A DNA stretch of 64,000 bases from an uncultured Chloroflexia bacterium (GTDB taxonomy: Bacteria; Chloroflexota; Limnocylindria; Limnocylindrales; CSP1-4), in the NCBI GenBank assembly GCA_963828165.1, contig CAWHDR010000001.1:2752001-2816000 (forward strand). Reading direction: 5' to 3'. This document shows positions 11,646 to 23,170 of the stretch, piece by piece. The position numbers and the translations under genes are program-made. Under the pieces are notes generated by a model. That model was not told the origin of the DNA, ran no database searches, and was given only the letters and a program-made list of their open reading frames with translations. Within the stretch, counting starts at the first letter, position 1; each line of letters begins with the position of its first letter.

Positions 11646-14600
11646 CCGACGGCGTCGAGGCGCGTCCGACGGCCGGCGCCCCGCCGACGCGGGCGTCGTG
11701 GGCGGGACCCGCCGGACCGCGTCTGCTCGCGCTCCGTCTCCAGGGATTCAAGTCGTTCGCGGAGCGAACGAACGTCGAGTTCGGTGGCGGGATCAGCGCG
11801 GTCGTCGGGCCGAACGGGTCGGGCAAGAGCAATCTGGCCGACGCGCTCCGCTGGGCACTCGGGGAGCAAGGGCGCGCCCTCCGATCCCGCAAGGCGGAAG
11901 ACGTCATCTGGGCCGGGTCGGAGAAGCGCTCCGCTCAGGGCATGGCCGACGTCACGCTGGTCCTCGACAACAGCGATGGGCTCCTGCCGGTCGAGTTCCA
12001 GGTCCTCGAGCTCGGACGCCGGCTCTTTCGGAGCGGCGAGAACGAGTACCTGCTCAACAAGCAGCGCATCCGCCTGCGCGACCTCGTCGATCTCCTGGAC
12101 GGCGCGCACCTGGCCGACAACGCGTTCCTGTTCATCGGCCAGGGCATGGTCGACCAGGCGCTGGCCTTGCGGCCCGAGGAACGACGTCCGCTGTTCGAGG
12201 AAGTGGCCGGCGTTCGACGCCACGAGCGCCGGCGGCGGAAGGCCGAAGAGCAGCTGACCGAGTCGGAGGCGAACCTCGCCCGCGTGGAAGACATCCTGGC
12301 CGAGCTCCGCCCGCAGGCCCGTCGACTCGCGGCACAGGCCGATCAGCAGGCGACCCGTTCGAGCATCGGGGACGAGCTCGCGACGGCGCTCCTGGCGGCG
12401 ACCCACGCGCGATGGCACGAAGCCGCGACTCGGCTCACGGAGGCGGGCGCACGACACGAACGGGCGCAGTCCGAGGCCGATCGCGCGATGGCGGATCTCG
12501 ATGCCGCGGAGGCCGGCGCTGCCGCGCTCGCCGCGGAGCTGTCCGCGCGGACGGCCCTCGAACGGGAGCGCCGCGAGGCGCACGAGGTGGCGCAGGCGAC
12601 CCTGACCGGGTTGCAGCTACGAGACGGACGTCTGGCGGCGGATCTCGAGGCGATCGAACGGGATCGTGCGCGGCTGTCGGACGAGCGTTCCGCCGCGGAC
12701 GCGGAAGCCGCCGTCCAGCGGCGGGCGATGGCGACGCCGGTGCCGGCCCGTGATCTCGATCTCGAAGCGGCCGTCACCGAGGCCGATCGAGAGCTGGCCG
12801 AGGCGCTGGCCGAACTGGCCGCCCTGCGCACCGCGTCGCAGGCACAAGGGGAGCAGCTCGCCGCCCTGCGTCGGGCGGAAGCCGCACGGCAGGCGGAGAC
12901 CGAGACGGCCCGGCGGCGCCTGGCGGAGGCGGAACGTCGGGCGGCAGAGGAGACAGCGGCCGCGGCGGCCGTCGAGGCCCGTCGTGCTGAGGTCACCCAG
13001 CGGCACGAGACGGCCAAGAAGTCCCTGGAACAGGCGCTGACCGCCGAGTCGACGGCCCTCGCGAGCCGCGAGGCGGCCAGGTCGGCGCTTGAGACGGCGG
13101 AGGCGGAACGGGCCGCGACGGCCGACCGGGCCGCCACGGCTTCCGCAGGGGTCGCGGGGCTGCGCGGTCGAGCGGAGGCCCTGGCGGACCACCTGGCTGA
13201 AGAGGAGCGTCGCCCGATCGCACGGGCGGCCCGCAAGGCCGGCGGCCGGCGGCTGGATGAGGACCTCGCCGTGGATCCGGGTCTGCGGGCGGCCGTGGAG
13301 GCCGTCCTTGCCGACCGCGCGCGGGCCTACCTGGTCGGGACCGACAAGGTCACGGACCTCGCGGCCGAGCGCGGCCGCTTGCTCGTCGAGGAACGGCTCT
13401 CGGGCGACGTGCCGATCACGGACGCGCCGACCCGCCGCTGCCTGGACGCCGTTGCCGAGGCCGGTGGCGGCCGGTTGGTCGAGGCGGTCCGGCGAGATGC
13501 CTCCGGTGGCGTGCGGCGGCTGCTCGCGCGCGCCGTCTGGCTGCCCGATCTCCCGGCATGCCTTGCCATCCAGGCATCGCTGCCCGCGGGTTGGGTGGCG
13601 GTCGCCCGAGACGGTTCGGCCGTCGTCGACGACACCGGCGTCACGCTCGGGGCCGCAGATTCCGTGCTGGAACGGCGGGCGGAACACGCTCGGCTGAACG
13701 CCGACCTGGAACGCGCCGAGGTGGAGCTCGCCGAGCTGCAACGCGCGGTCACGACCAGCGGCGCGGCGGCGACGCAGGCGCGGATCGCGCTGGATGGCGC
13801 TCGTGCTCACGAGGCCAGCATGACCGCGGACCGCCGTCGAGCCGAGGAGGCGGAACGGGCCGTCGCCCGAGAATCGGAGGCGGTCGCCCGGGAGGTGGCC
13901 TGGCACGAGGCGCAGCGCACGCGCCTGGACGGCGAGCTCGCGCGTCTCCGCGAGGCGGTCGATGGCATGACCGTGACCGCGCCCCCGGCGACGCCCGACA
14001 CGGATCGCGAGAGGCCAGCGACCGACGACGCCAGCGCCGGTCTCGCCGCCTGGGAGGCCCGCTCCGCCGATCTGCGCGAGCGTCGCGACCGGCTGGCGGC
14101 GCGCCTCACGACCCACGATGCGGCGCGTCTCGATGCGGAGCATCGGCGAGCCCGCGCCGAGGCTGCCGCGACCATGACCGAGGAGCGGATCGCGCGAGCG
14201 GAGCGTGAGATCGCCGCGCTCGCGGAGCACGAGGCCCGGCTGACCGCGGAGCGCGACGCCCTTCGCGGCGAAGTCGCCACCGCCACGGCGCTCGAATCGA
14301 GCGCTCGCGAGGCCCTCATGGTGCTCCGGGCGGCCGACGACGCGGATCGGACCCGCCTGTCCGAAGCCGAGCGAGCGGCATCCGGTGCGCGCGAGCATCT
14401 CCGCTCCGCCGACGATCGACTTCGGGCGGCGGACCACGCCGAGCTCGAGGCACGGCTGGGACTCGACTCGCTGCGCGAAAGCGTGCTCGTGGAGCTCGCC
14501 GGGATGGGCGGGCTCGGGCTCGCGAGTCTCGGTGTGAAGAGCACCGCGGTCAGCCCGGATGCCCGCGCGGGGAGCGACGACGGCCGCGCGGTGTCCGATG

Positions 14601-15413
14601 GACTCGACTCGTCGGAGGAAGGAACGGACGGCGACGGGTTCGCCGAAGACACCGCCGTCCTCGAGCGCGCCCTGGCCGCTGTCGCGGGGCGGTGGGCCGA
14701 CGAGCCGCCGACGGTCGCGCCGCCGTCGCCGGGGCGGCTCGCGCAACTGCGCCGGCGCTACCACGAGCTCGGGGCGGCCAATCCGTACGCCGTCGATGAG
14801 TACGCTGAGCTCAAGACGCGGCTGGACACCCTCGAGGCACAGGACTTCGGACCTCCAGTCGGCGATCGGCAAGACCCGCGAACTCATCGCCGAGCTCGAC
14901 ACGATGATCGCCGACCAGTTCCGGACCACGTTCCAAGCCCTCGAGACCGCGTTCGAGCGACGCTTCGAGCAGCTCTTCGGCGGCGGCTTCGCGCGACTTT
15001 CCCTGACGGACCCGTCCGACCTGGGATCGACCGGCGTCGAGATCGTGGCGCGGCCGCCTGGCAAGAAGGCCCAGGCGCTGGCGATGCTGTCGGGTGGAGA
15101 GCGCGCCCTCACCGCGGTCGCCCTGCTGTTCGCGATGCTCGAGGTTCGGCCCGTGCCGTTCTGCGTGCTCGACGAGGTCGATGCGGCGCTGGACGAGGCG
15201 AACATCGACCGGTTCGCCGATGCGCTCCGGAGCCTCGCGCACCAGACCCAGTTCATCGTGATCACCCACAACCGCGGGACGATCGAGGCCGCCGACGCCC
15301 TCTACGGGGTGACCGTCGGGGACGACTCGGTGTCGCGGGTCATCAGCCTGCGACTCGAGGAGGCGCAGGCCCTCGCGGCTGAGCGCGCCCACGAGCTCAG
15401 CGTGGCGGGCTGA
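11642..15413 (+). CDS. smc: Chromosome segregation protein SMC, apparent frameshift near 14846
   Basis: GFKSF, VVGPNGSGKSN, long coiled coils; LSGGE, LDEVDAALD, ITHN in the downstream frame. Confidence 0.95.
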
Positions 15414-16537
15414 TGGCCTTCTGGCGTCGAGGACGCGAACAGCCGCCGGTCGAGCCAGAGGAGCCAGCCGAGTCCGAGCTGGTCGAGCTGCCCGCGTCCG
15501 CACCGCCCGCCCCATCGCCGCCCGCCCCATCGCCGCCCGAAAAGTTCGAAATCGAACCACCTGATAGCGAGGGCCCCGGGGGAGCGCCAGCCGATCCCCC
15601 GAGGCCCGCCTACGCGCCCTTCGATCCCACCGCGTTCCTCGCCGTCGTCCCGGAGGGCTCCCTCGAGACCGGCCTCGAGAAGACCCGCACCGGCCTCGTG
15701 ACCCAGCTCCGTGGCTTCCTCGGGAACGCCGATGGCCCCCAGTGGGACGAGGTCGAGGAAACGCTCATCGCCGGCGACGTCGGTGCCGCGCTGTCGATCG
15801 ATCTGGTCGAGCGCGCCCGAAAGCGTCGCGAGCCAGGCGGGCCGGAGGCCGCGATCCGTGCCGAGCTGGCAGCCCTGCTGGTCGAACGCGACGTCGACTG
15901 GCAACCCAGGTCCGCGGTCGAGGGCGGACCCGCGGTCGTGCTCGTCGTCGGCGTGAACGGCACCGGCAAGACGACGACGATCGGCAAGCTCGCTGCCCGC
16001 TACGCCGGAAGCGGACGGAGCGTCATCCTGGCCGCAGCCGACACGTTTCGTGCCGCCGCCATCGATCAGCTCCGAATCTGGGCCGACCGAGCCGAGGTGC
16101 CCATGATCGCGCACGCACCAGGCGCCGACCCTGGCGCGGTCGTGTACGACGCGCTCGATGCGGCCGTCGCGAGGGGCGCGGATCTCGTCATCGCCGACAC
16201 GGCGGGTCGCCTGCACACCAAGTCGAACCTCATGGACGAGCTGACGAAAGTGCGTCGGATCATCGACAAGCGCCTGCCCGGCGCCGCGCCCGAAACCCTG
16301 TTCGTGCTCGATGCGACGACCGGCCAGAACGGCCTCGCCCAGGCCGATGCCTTCCACGAGGCCGTCGGGCTGACCGGGATCGTCCTGACCAAGCTCGATT
16401 CGACCGCTAAAGGCGGCATCGTCTTCGCCATCGAGCACGCGCTCGGCGTCCCGGTTCGCTTCGTCGGGGTGGGGGAGGGCGCCGGTGACCTGCTCCCGTT
16501 CGACCCGGACGCCTTCGTGGACGCGCTCTTCGCCTGA
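15413..16537 (+). CDS. ftsY: Signal recognition particle receptor FtsY
   Basis: GVNGTGKTTT, DTFRAAA, DTAGRL, TKLDSTAKGG. Confidence 0.97.
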   Translation: MAFWRRGREQPPVEPEEPAESELVELPASAPPAPSPPAPSPPEKFEIEPPDSEGPGGAPADPPRPAYAPFDPTAFLAVVPEGSLETGLEKTRTGLVTQLRGFLGNADGPQWDEVEETLIAGDVGAALSIDLVERARKRREPGGPEAAIRAELAALLVERDVDWQPRSAVEGGPAVVLVVGVNGTGKTTTIGKLAARYAGSGRSVILAAADTFRAAAIDQLRIWADRAEVPMIAHAPGADPGAVVYDALDAAVARGADLVIADTAGRLHTKSNLMDELTKVRRIIDKRLPGAAPETLFVLDATTGQNGLAQADAFHEAVGLTGIVLTKLDSTAKGGIVFAIEHALGVPVRFVGVGEGAGDLLPFDPDAFVDALFA

Positions 16538-16563
16538 CCCCGTCGAGTCGAGGGCTGACGGGA

Positions 16564-17875
16564 TCAGGCGCCGACCGGCTGATCGCGTTCCGCATCGAGG
16601 GCGATCTGGGCGGCCGATCGATGATCGGTCACGGGCAGCTCGATCAGGCTGCGGACCGGCGACCAGTACAGGATCGCGCCGGCCAGGAGCCCGCCCAACG
16701 GGGCGAGGAACGAGGTGGCGCGCAGCCCGATGACCTCCGCCAGCAGGCCGGCGCCGATGGTCGCCACGAGCTGGGCTCCCGCCGACAGGACCTGGAACGT
16801 CGAGGCGACGCGGCCCAGCTCCCGGTCCGCCACGAGTGCCTGGCGCACGGACGTCTCGGTGACGTCGTAGACCGTGATCGCGGAATCGGCGATGAGCTGC
16901 TGGGCGGCCAGGCACGCGACGGCGAGCAGCGGCAGGCCGGCAGGTGCCAGCGGGATGAACAGGTTCCCGAGCGCCGCCAGCAGCATGGCGGCGATGGCCA
17001 CAGGCCCGATCCCCCAACGACGCGTCGAGCGCGTGGCGACGATCGCCCCGATGAACGACGACGCGCCGCCCACCCCGGCGATGATTCCCACGAGCGCGGG
17101 GCCGACGCCGAGCTCGTCGATCGCGAACAGGAACCACGTCGCCCCGAAGATGCCCCACAACATCGACATCAGCATCTGGGCGCCCGCGAATGCCCGAAGC
17201 ACCGGGTTGTGGCGGACCAGCCGGAGCCCGTGGCGGATCTCGTCGAGCACGGGCTCCCGGTCCTCGTGCGGTGGTGGCGGCGCCTCCACGTGCCGGACGG
17301 TCAAGAGCAGCACCGCCGACACCAGGTAGGTCACCGCGTTGATGACGATCGTGATCGGCCCGGTGAGCAGCTGGACGAGGATGCCGCTGATGCCGAAGCC
17401 CGCGAACTCGGCCACGGAACCGCTCGCCGCGAGCGCACTGTTGGCCTCGAGCAGGCGCTCCCGCTCGACGATCGTCGGCAGATAGGCGTTATCCGCGGCG
17501 TCGAAGAACGTCGTGAGCACCGCGGTGAGTGCCGCGACGACCAGCAGCTGCCACAGCGCGAGCGTGCCGAGCATGAACGAGATCGGGATCAGGCTCAGCA
17601 GCGCCGCTCGCCCCAGGTCCGCCCAGATGAGGACCGGCCGCCGCCGCAGACGGTCGACCCAGGCACCGGCCACGAGCCCGACGACGAGCGCCACCGCCAA
17701 GATCCATGCCACGCAGGACCGCGACCTCGATCGGCCCGGCATCAAGGGTCAGGATCGCGACGAGCGGCAGCGCGATGCGCGTGATGAGGGAGCCGAAGAT
17801 CGAGATGCTCGCGGCCGTCCACACGCGGACGAAGGCGTTGTTGCTCCAGAGCGGGGACGAGAAGGGATTGCGCAC
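16564..17875 (-). CDS. MFS transporter, apparent frameshift near 17697
   Basis: FVRVWTAASISIFGSLIT, AGAWVDRLRRRPVLIWADL (motif A), many TM segments. Confidence 0.88.
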
Positions 17876-18038
17876 GAACGCGGAGCCTACATCGGCGTCC
17901 GTTGCCCGGCGCGTTCCGGCGGACCCTGCGCTACACTCCGCACGCTCGGTGCGTCAGAACTCGCGCACCACCGGACCGGTCGCGGCACCGCCACGACTCG
18001 CCCGACCCTCACCAATCCATGGGAGTCCTGATCGGACC

Positions 18039-19373
18039 GTGTTCGATACCCTCAGCGAGCGCCTTCGAGCGACGCTCGGCAACTTGACCGGCCGCGGCCG
18101 CATCAGCGAAGCCGACGTGGAAACCGCCATGCGCGAAGTCCGGCTCGCCCTGCTCGAAGCCGACGTCAACTTCAAGGTCGTCAAGGACTTCGTGGAGCGC
18201 GTCCGCGCGAAGGCCATCGGCGGCGACGTTCTCGAGAGCCTTACCGCCGGTCAGCAGGTCGTCAAGATCGTCCACGACGAGCTCGTCGACCTCCTCGGCG
18301 CCGGCGACCGCGTCTTCCACCTGTCCGGCAACCCCGCGGTCGTCGCGATGGTCGGCCTCCAGGGCTCGGGCAAGACCACGAGCACGGCCAAGCTCGCGCG
18401 TCACATCGTCAAGCAGGGTCGCCGACCGCTGCTCGTGGCCGCGGACCCGTACCGCCCGGCCGCTGCCGATCAGCTCGAGACCCTCGGCAAGCAGCTCGAC
18501 ATCCCGGTCTACCGCGCCCCGCTTGGCACCAGCGTCCCCGACATCGCCCGCGAGGGCGTGGAAGCGGCCAGACGCCAGGTCCGCGATGTCGTGATCCTCG
18601 ACACTGCCGGGCGGCTCAGCATCGACGAGACCCTCATGCAGGAGATCGCGGCAGTGAACGCGGCCGTGAAGCCCATCGAGACACTACTCGTCGTCGACGC
18701 CATGACCGGCCAGGAGGCCGTCGGCGTGGCTCAAGCGTTCGTTGCCGCGGTGCCCGTCACCGGCCTCATCCTGACCAAGATCGATGGCGATGCACGCGGT
18801 GGCGCCGCCCTCAGCATCTCCGCCGTCACCGGGATCCCGGTCAAGTTCCTGGGTACCGGCGAGAAGACCGACGCGCTCGAAGTCTTCCATCCGGACCGGC
18901 TCGCCGGGCGGATCCTCGGGATGGGCGACATCCTGACCCTGGTCGAGCGCGCCCAGGAAAGCTTCGACGTCAACCAGGCCGAGAAGATGGAGGAGAAGCT
19001 CCGCAAGGCCAGCTTCACGCTCGAGGACATGCTCGAGCAGCTCCAGGCGGTCCAGAAGATGGGGCCGATCGGCCAGATCATGGGCATGATCCCGGGCATG
19101 GGCAACATGGCCGGTGAAGCCCAGGCCGCGGTGGACCGCGGCGACCTCAAGCGGACCGAGGCGATCATCCGGGCCATGACCCCGGCCGAGCGCCGCGACC
19201 CGACCGTCCTCAACGCCTCCCGCCGACGCCGCATCGCGGCCGGAGCGGGGACGGCGCTTCCAGAAGTCAACAAGCTCGTCAAGCAGTTCAGCGAGATGCA
19301 GAAGCTCATGAAGCAGCTTTCCGGGGGTGGCAAGCGCGGCGCGCTGGGCGGCCTCATGGGGAATCGGCGCTAG
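18039..19373 (+). CDS. ffh: Signal recognition particle protein Ffh
   Basis: (M)FDTLSERL, GLQGSGKTT, DTAGR, RILGMGD, Met-rich M domain. Confidence 0.97.
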   Translation: MFDTLSERLRATLGNLTGRGRISEADVETAMREVRLALLEADVNFKVVKDFVERVRAKAIGGDVLESLTAGQQVVKIVHDELVDLLGAGDRVFHLSGNPAVVAMVGLQGSGKTTSTAKLARHIVKQGRRPLLVAADPYRPAAADQLETLGKQLDIPVYRAPLGTSVPDIAREGVEAARRQVRDVVILDTAGRLSIDETLMQEIAAVNAAVKPIETLLVVDAMTGQEAVGVAQAFVAAVPVTGLILTKIDGDARGGAALSISAVTGIPVKFLGTGEKTDALEVFHPDRLAGRILGMGDILTLVERAQESFDVNQAEKMEEKLRKASFTLEDMLEQLQAVQKMGPIGQIMGMIPGMGNMAGEAQAAVDRGDLKRTEAIIRAMTPAERRDPTVLNASRRRRIAAGAGTALPEVNKLVKQFSEMQKLMKQLSGGGKRGALGGLMGNRR

Positions 19374-19392
19374 GCGCCGGGGAGACCACGCG

Positions 19393-21240
19393 ATGACCGA
19401 CAACGAACGACCCGCCTACGACCCGACGACCGAAACGACCTCGACCGAGGTACCGGCAACGCCGATCGCGACGACGCCGCTGGCGGCCCCGAGCAGCCCG
19501 GCGAGCGCCCGACCGCGCCGCAGTCGCGTCCGATGGCTGGCGGCTGCAGGGATCGTGGCGCTGATCGTCGGCGTCACCGCGATCGCGACACTGTCCCTGA
19601 CCGGCTCCTCACCCACGTCCACGGTCGCCGGGTACGCCCCGGCCGACAGCATCGCCTACGGAGAGGTGCGCCTGGACCTGCCCGGTGACCAGCGCCAGGA
19701 AGTCGGCGAGTTCCTTTCCAAATTCCCGGGCTTTGCAGATCAGGCCGCGCTCGACACCAAGCTCGACGAGGTGCTCGATCGGCTGCTCTCCGAGTCCACC
19801 GAGGGCAAGCAGACCTACAGCCGCGACATCAAGCCGTGGTTCGACGGCGAGCTCGCTTTCTCGATGGGACCGCTGCCTGCCGGCGGTGATGCCGCCAATG
19901 CGGCGACCGATACGCCGCGGGCCGTCGTGCTGTTGTCGATCAAGGACGAGCCGCTTGCTCGCACGTGGTTCACGAACGCGCTCACGCAGATGGGCGTGAC
20001 GAGCGTGCCGGAGTCCTACGGGGGTGTCGAGCTCCTGACGTTCACGAATCCCGAAGAGGCCAGCAGTCGGGCGGCCTTCGCGCTCGTCGGCGGCAAGGTC
20101 GCGGTCGCCGGCGACATCGTCTCGGTCAAGTCTGCGATCGACACCGCCGGATCCAGTGCGCTCTCGAAGGGCGAGGACTTCGCGGCGGCGAGGGCCTCGA
20201 TGAGCGGCGACGATGTCGGGTTCGTCTTCGTCGACCTGCGGACGATCATGGACGCCGCCCTCGAGATGACCGAATCGATGGCGTCAACGCCCCCGATCAG
20301 CGGCGCTCTCACGGCGCTCGTTCCGGAATGGGCGTCTTTCCGCCTCCGGGTCGAGGGCGACGCCCTCGTCATGGACGGCGCGATGCCGCACGTCGAGGCA
20401 GCACCGGGCCCGGGCGAGAATCACACGAACGGCGTGGCGGCGTATGCCCCGCCCTCCACCCTCGTGCTCGCAGCCGGTAATGACTACGGCGCGACGCTCA
20501 CCGAGTCGCTTGCGCTGTACCGGAACGACCCGGCCCTCGCCGAGGTGTTCAAGGGCATCGACCAGACCGCGAGCCTGCTCGGCGGCCTGGAATCAAGCAT
20601 CGGCTGGATGGGCGACACCGGGCTCGTCATCGCGCGCGACGGCGACTCGGTCGAAGGCGGGATCGTCTCGATCCCGGCGGACGCCGCCGCGGGCGCACAG
20701 CTGCTAACCACCCTGCGCACCTTCGCGACGCTGGCTGGCGGCCAGGCAGGCATCACGGTCCGCGACGAGCAGTACGCGGGCACCGTCATCACGATCATCG
20801 ACCTCGGAAGCGCCGAAGACCTGGCGGGCCTGGCAGCCGGCATGGGTGGCGTGCCCGTGCCTGATGACGCCACGTCCGCACTACCGGAAGGGAACATCGA
20901 GATCTCGTACGCCGCGACCGACGGCGTCGTCGTCCTCGGCAGCGGTCCCTCCTTCGTCAAGCACGTGCTCGACGCCGGCGCGGGCCAGTCCCTCGCCGAC
21001 GATGCCCGGTTCGTCAGCCTCGTCGGTCGCGTCGGCTCTGCGCATACCGGCGTGAGCTTCGTCGATGTCACTGCGGTTCGGGGCCTCTTCGAAGGTCTCC
21101 TGTCGGAGGCGACGGCCGAGGAGCGCGCGGAGTACGAGGAGTCCGTGAAGCCGTTCCTCACCCCATTCGATGCCTTCGTCGCGACCGGCGTCACCGAAGG
21201 CGGCCTCGACGAGCAGCACGCGATCATCACCGTCAAGTAA
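19393..21240 (+). CDS. Membrane-anchored exported protein, DUF3352-like
   Basis: Single N-terminal TM (WLAAAGIVALIVGV), YAPADSIAY and YSRDIKPWFDGE motifs, two internally similar halves. Confidence 0.65.
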   Translation: MTDNERPAYDPTTETTSTEVPATPIATTPLAAPSSPASARPRRSRVRWLAAAGIVALIVGVTAIATLSLTGSSPTSTVAGYAPADSIAYGEVRLDLPGDQRQEVGEFLSKFPGFADQAALDTKLDEVLDRLLSESTEGKQTYSRDIKPWFDGELAFSMGPLPAGGDAANAATDTPRAVVLLSIKDEPLARTWFTNALTQMGVTSVPESYGGVELLTFTNPEEASSRAAFALVGGKVAVAGDIVSVKSAIDTAGSSALSKGEDFAAARASMSGDDVGFVFVDLRTIMDAALEMTESMASTPPISGALTALVPEWASFRLRVEGDALVMDGAMPHVEAAPGPGENHTNGVAAYAPPSTLVLAAGNDYGATLTESLALYRNDPALAEVFKGIDQTASLLGGLESSIGWMGDTGLVIARDGDSVEGGIVSIPADAAAGAQLLTTLRTFATLAGGQAGITVRDEQYAGTVITIIDLGSAEDLAGLAAGMGGVPVPDDATSALPEGNIEISYAATDGVVVLGSGPSFVKHVLDAGAGQSLADDARFVSLVGRVGSAHTGVSFVDVTAVRGLFEGLLSEATAEERAEYEESVKPFLTPFDAFVATGVTEGGLDEQHAIITVK

Positions 21241-21288
21241 TCCCCGCCAACCAGAGCCACCAGCCCAAGAGGAGGCATCACAGCATCC

Positions 21289-21543
21289 ATGGCAGTTCGT
21301 ATCCGGCTGACGCGCGTCGGCGCGAAGAAGCAGCCCAGCTATCGAGTCGTCGTCGCCGACGGCCGCAGCGCCCGTGACAGCCGGGCGATCGAGACGCTCG
21401 GTCATTACAACCCACGAACCGAGCCGATCGAGTTCAACGTCGACGCCGAGAAGGCCAAGGCATGGCTGGCGAAGGGCGCCCAGCCGTCCGACACCGTCGT
21501 GCGCCTGTTCAAGCAGGCCGGCATCCTGCCCAGCGGCAAGTAG
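21289..21543 (+). CDS. rpsP: 30S ribosomal protein S16
   Basis: [24 protein letters not shown]...GAQPSDTV. Confidence 0.98.
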   Translation: MAVRIRLTRVGAKKQPSYRVVVADGRSARDSRAIETLGHYNPRTEPIEFNVDAEKAKAWLAKGAQPSDTVVRLFKQAGILPSGK

Positions 21544-21553
21544 GAGTATCCAC

Positions 21554-21787
21554 ATGGCAGCCAAGGAACTGATCGAGTACGTCGCGAAGTCGCTGGTCGA
21601 CGATCCCGATGCAGTCAAGGTCGAGGTCGTCGAGGAGGACGGCGCGACGGTCATCGAGCTCCATGTCGCGGAGGACGACATGGGCAAGGTGATCGGACGC
21701 AACGGCAGCGTCGCGAAGGCGCTGCGGACGCTGCTCAAGGTGACCGCGGCGCGCGACGGCGAGCCGGTCCAGCTCGAGATCGTCTGA
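21554..21787 (+). CDS. khpA: KH-domain RNA-binding protein KhpA
   Basis: LVDDPDAV, DMGKVIGRNG, ALRTLL; between rpsP and rimM. Confidence 0.95.
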   Translation: MAAKELIEYVAKSLVDDPDAVKVEVVEEDGATVIELHVAEDDMGKVIGRNGSVAKALRTLLKVTAARDGEPVQLEIV

Positions 21788-22488
21788 GCGAGGCTCCCGC
21801 CATCGCTACCGAACGGCTCGCGGTCGCGCTCGTCCGAGGCGTCCATGGCCTTCGCGGCGCCGTCCGCGTCGAGGTCCTCACCGATCGACCGGAGGCACGT
21901 TTCGTGCCCGGGGCCGTGTTGTTCCGGGAGGGATCCGAGGAGGCGCTGACGATCGCCTCGGCCGAGGCCGTGGCCGATGGTCCCGGCTGGCGCGTCCGGT
22001 TCGCCGAGATCGGCTCGCGCGACGCCGCCGACACGCTGCGCGGTGCGTACCTCGAAACGAACGTCCGGCCCGAGGCTGACCTGGCCCGCGGCGAGGTCTA
22101 CTGGCACGAGGTCCTGGGCGTCGCCGTGCGCGGCATCGATGGCGCGGAGCTCGGCGTCGTCAAGGACATCTATCGCGTGGCGGAGAACGAGGTCTATATC
22201 GTCGGTGGTGGGGCGTACGGGACGTTCGACGTGCCGGCGGTCCGGGCCTTCATCCGGATCTTCGCGCCGCGGCGGGGGGAGATCGTCGTTGACGCGGAGG
22301 CGCTCGACCTGCGGCTGCCGAAGGAACGTCGCGCCGATCCCGATCGGCCGCGGGCCCCGCGGCGGACCTCGCGCAAGCGCCGCTCCGCCGCGGGTGAGAC
22401 CGCAAGCGGGGGATCGCCGGAAGGCGGCACCGCCGCCGATCCCGAGAGCGAGCCCGAGGCCGCCGATCGGCCGGAGCCGGCGGCATGA
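21784..22488 (+). CDS. rimM: Ribosome maturation factor RimM, probable CTG start
   Basis: Conserved [18 protein letters not shown] lies upstream of the first canonical start; [10 protein letters not shown]; basic/acidic C-tail. Confidence 0.9.
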   Translation: MSEAPAIATERLAVALVRGVHGLRGAVRVEVLTDRPEARFVPGAVLFREGSEEALTIASAEAVADGPGWRVRFAEIGSRDAADTLRGAYLETNVRPEADLARGEVYWHEVLGVAVRGIDGAELGVVKDIYRVAENEVYIVGGGAYGTFDVPAVRAFIRIFAPRRGEIVVDAEALDLRLPKERRADPDRPRAPRRTSRKRRSAAGETASGGSPEGGTAADPESEPEAADRPEPAA

Positions 22489-23168
22489 ACCTCGAGATCG
22501 ACGTCCTGACGCTCTTCCCGGCCATGATCGAGGGGCCACTGTCGCAGAGCATCCCCGGGCGCATCCAGGAGCAGGGGCTCGCGAGGATCCGCATCCACGA
22601 TCTGCGCGACTTCGGGCTTGGCCGCCACAAGTCGGTGGACGACACGCCGTACGGCGGTGGGGCCGGGATGGTGATGCGCGTGGAGCCCGTGGTCGCCGCG
22701 ATCGAATCGGTTCGGCGCCCCGAGTCGACGGTGATCCTGCTCGACCCGGTCGGCGAGGTGTTCCGCCACGACCGGGCGGCCGACCTGGCCCTCCGGCAGC
22801 ACCTGGTCTTCGTGTGCCCGCGCTACGAGGGCGTCGACGAGCGCATCCGTTCGTTCGTCGACCTCGAGCTGTCGATCGGCGACTACGTCGTCACGGGTGG
22901 GGAGCTGCCGGCGCTGGTCGTGATCGATGCCGTGATCCGGCTGCTGCCCGGCGCCATCGACGACCTGTCGACCGCCGAGGAGTCGTTCAGCGCCGGGCTG
23001 CTGGAATACCCGCAGTACACACGGCCGCCCTCGTTCCGCGGCATGGACGTGCCCGAGATCCTCACCTCCGGTGACCATGGCGCCGTCGCCCGCTGGCGCG
23101 CAGATCAGGCGGGCAGCCGGACGCGCCAGCGTCGCCCCGATCTGCTGCCACCCGAAGATCGCAGCTGA
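22485..23168 (+). CDS. trmD: tRNA (guanine-N1)-methyltransferase
   Basis: [40 protein letters not shown]. Confidence 0.97.
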   Translation: MNLEIDVLTLFPAMIEGPLSQSIPGRIQEQGLARIRIHDLRDFGLGRHKSVDDTPYGGGAGMVMRVEPVVAAIESVRRPESTVILLDPVGEVFRHDRAADLALRQHLVFVCPRYEGVDERIRSFVDLELSIGDYVVTGGELPALVVIDAVIRLLPGAIDDLSTAEESFSAGLLEYPQYTRPPSFRGMDVPEILTSGDHGAVARWRADQAGSRTRQRRPDLLPPEDRS

Positions 23169-23170
23169 CG

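Noticed and set aside
12617-15271. Long antisense ORFs (also 42877-44754, 50745-53102, 56331-58958)
   Set aside because: Shadow frames expected from high-GC codon bias opposite real genes; no recognisable domains.
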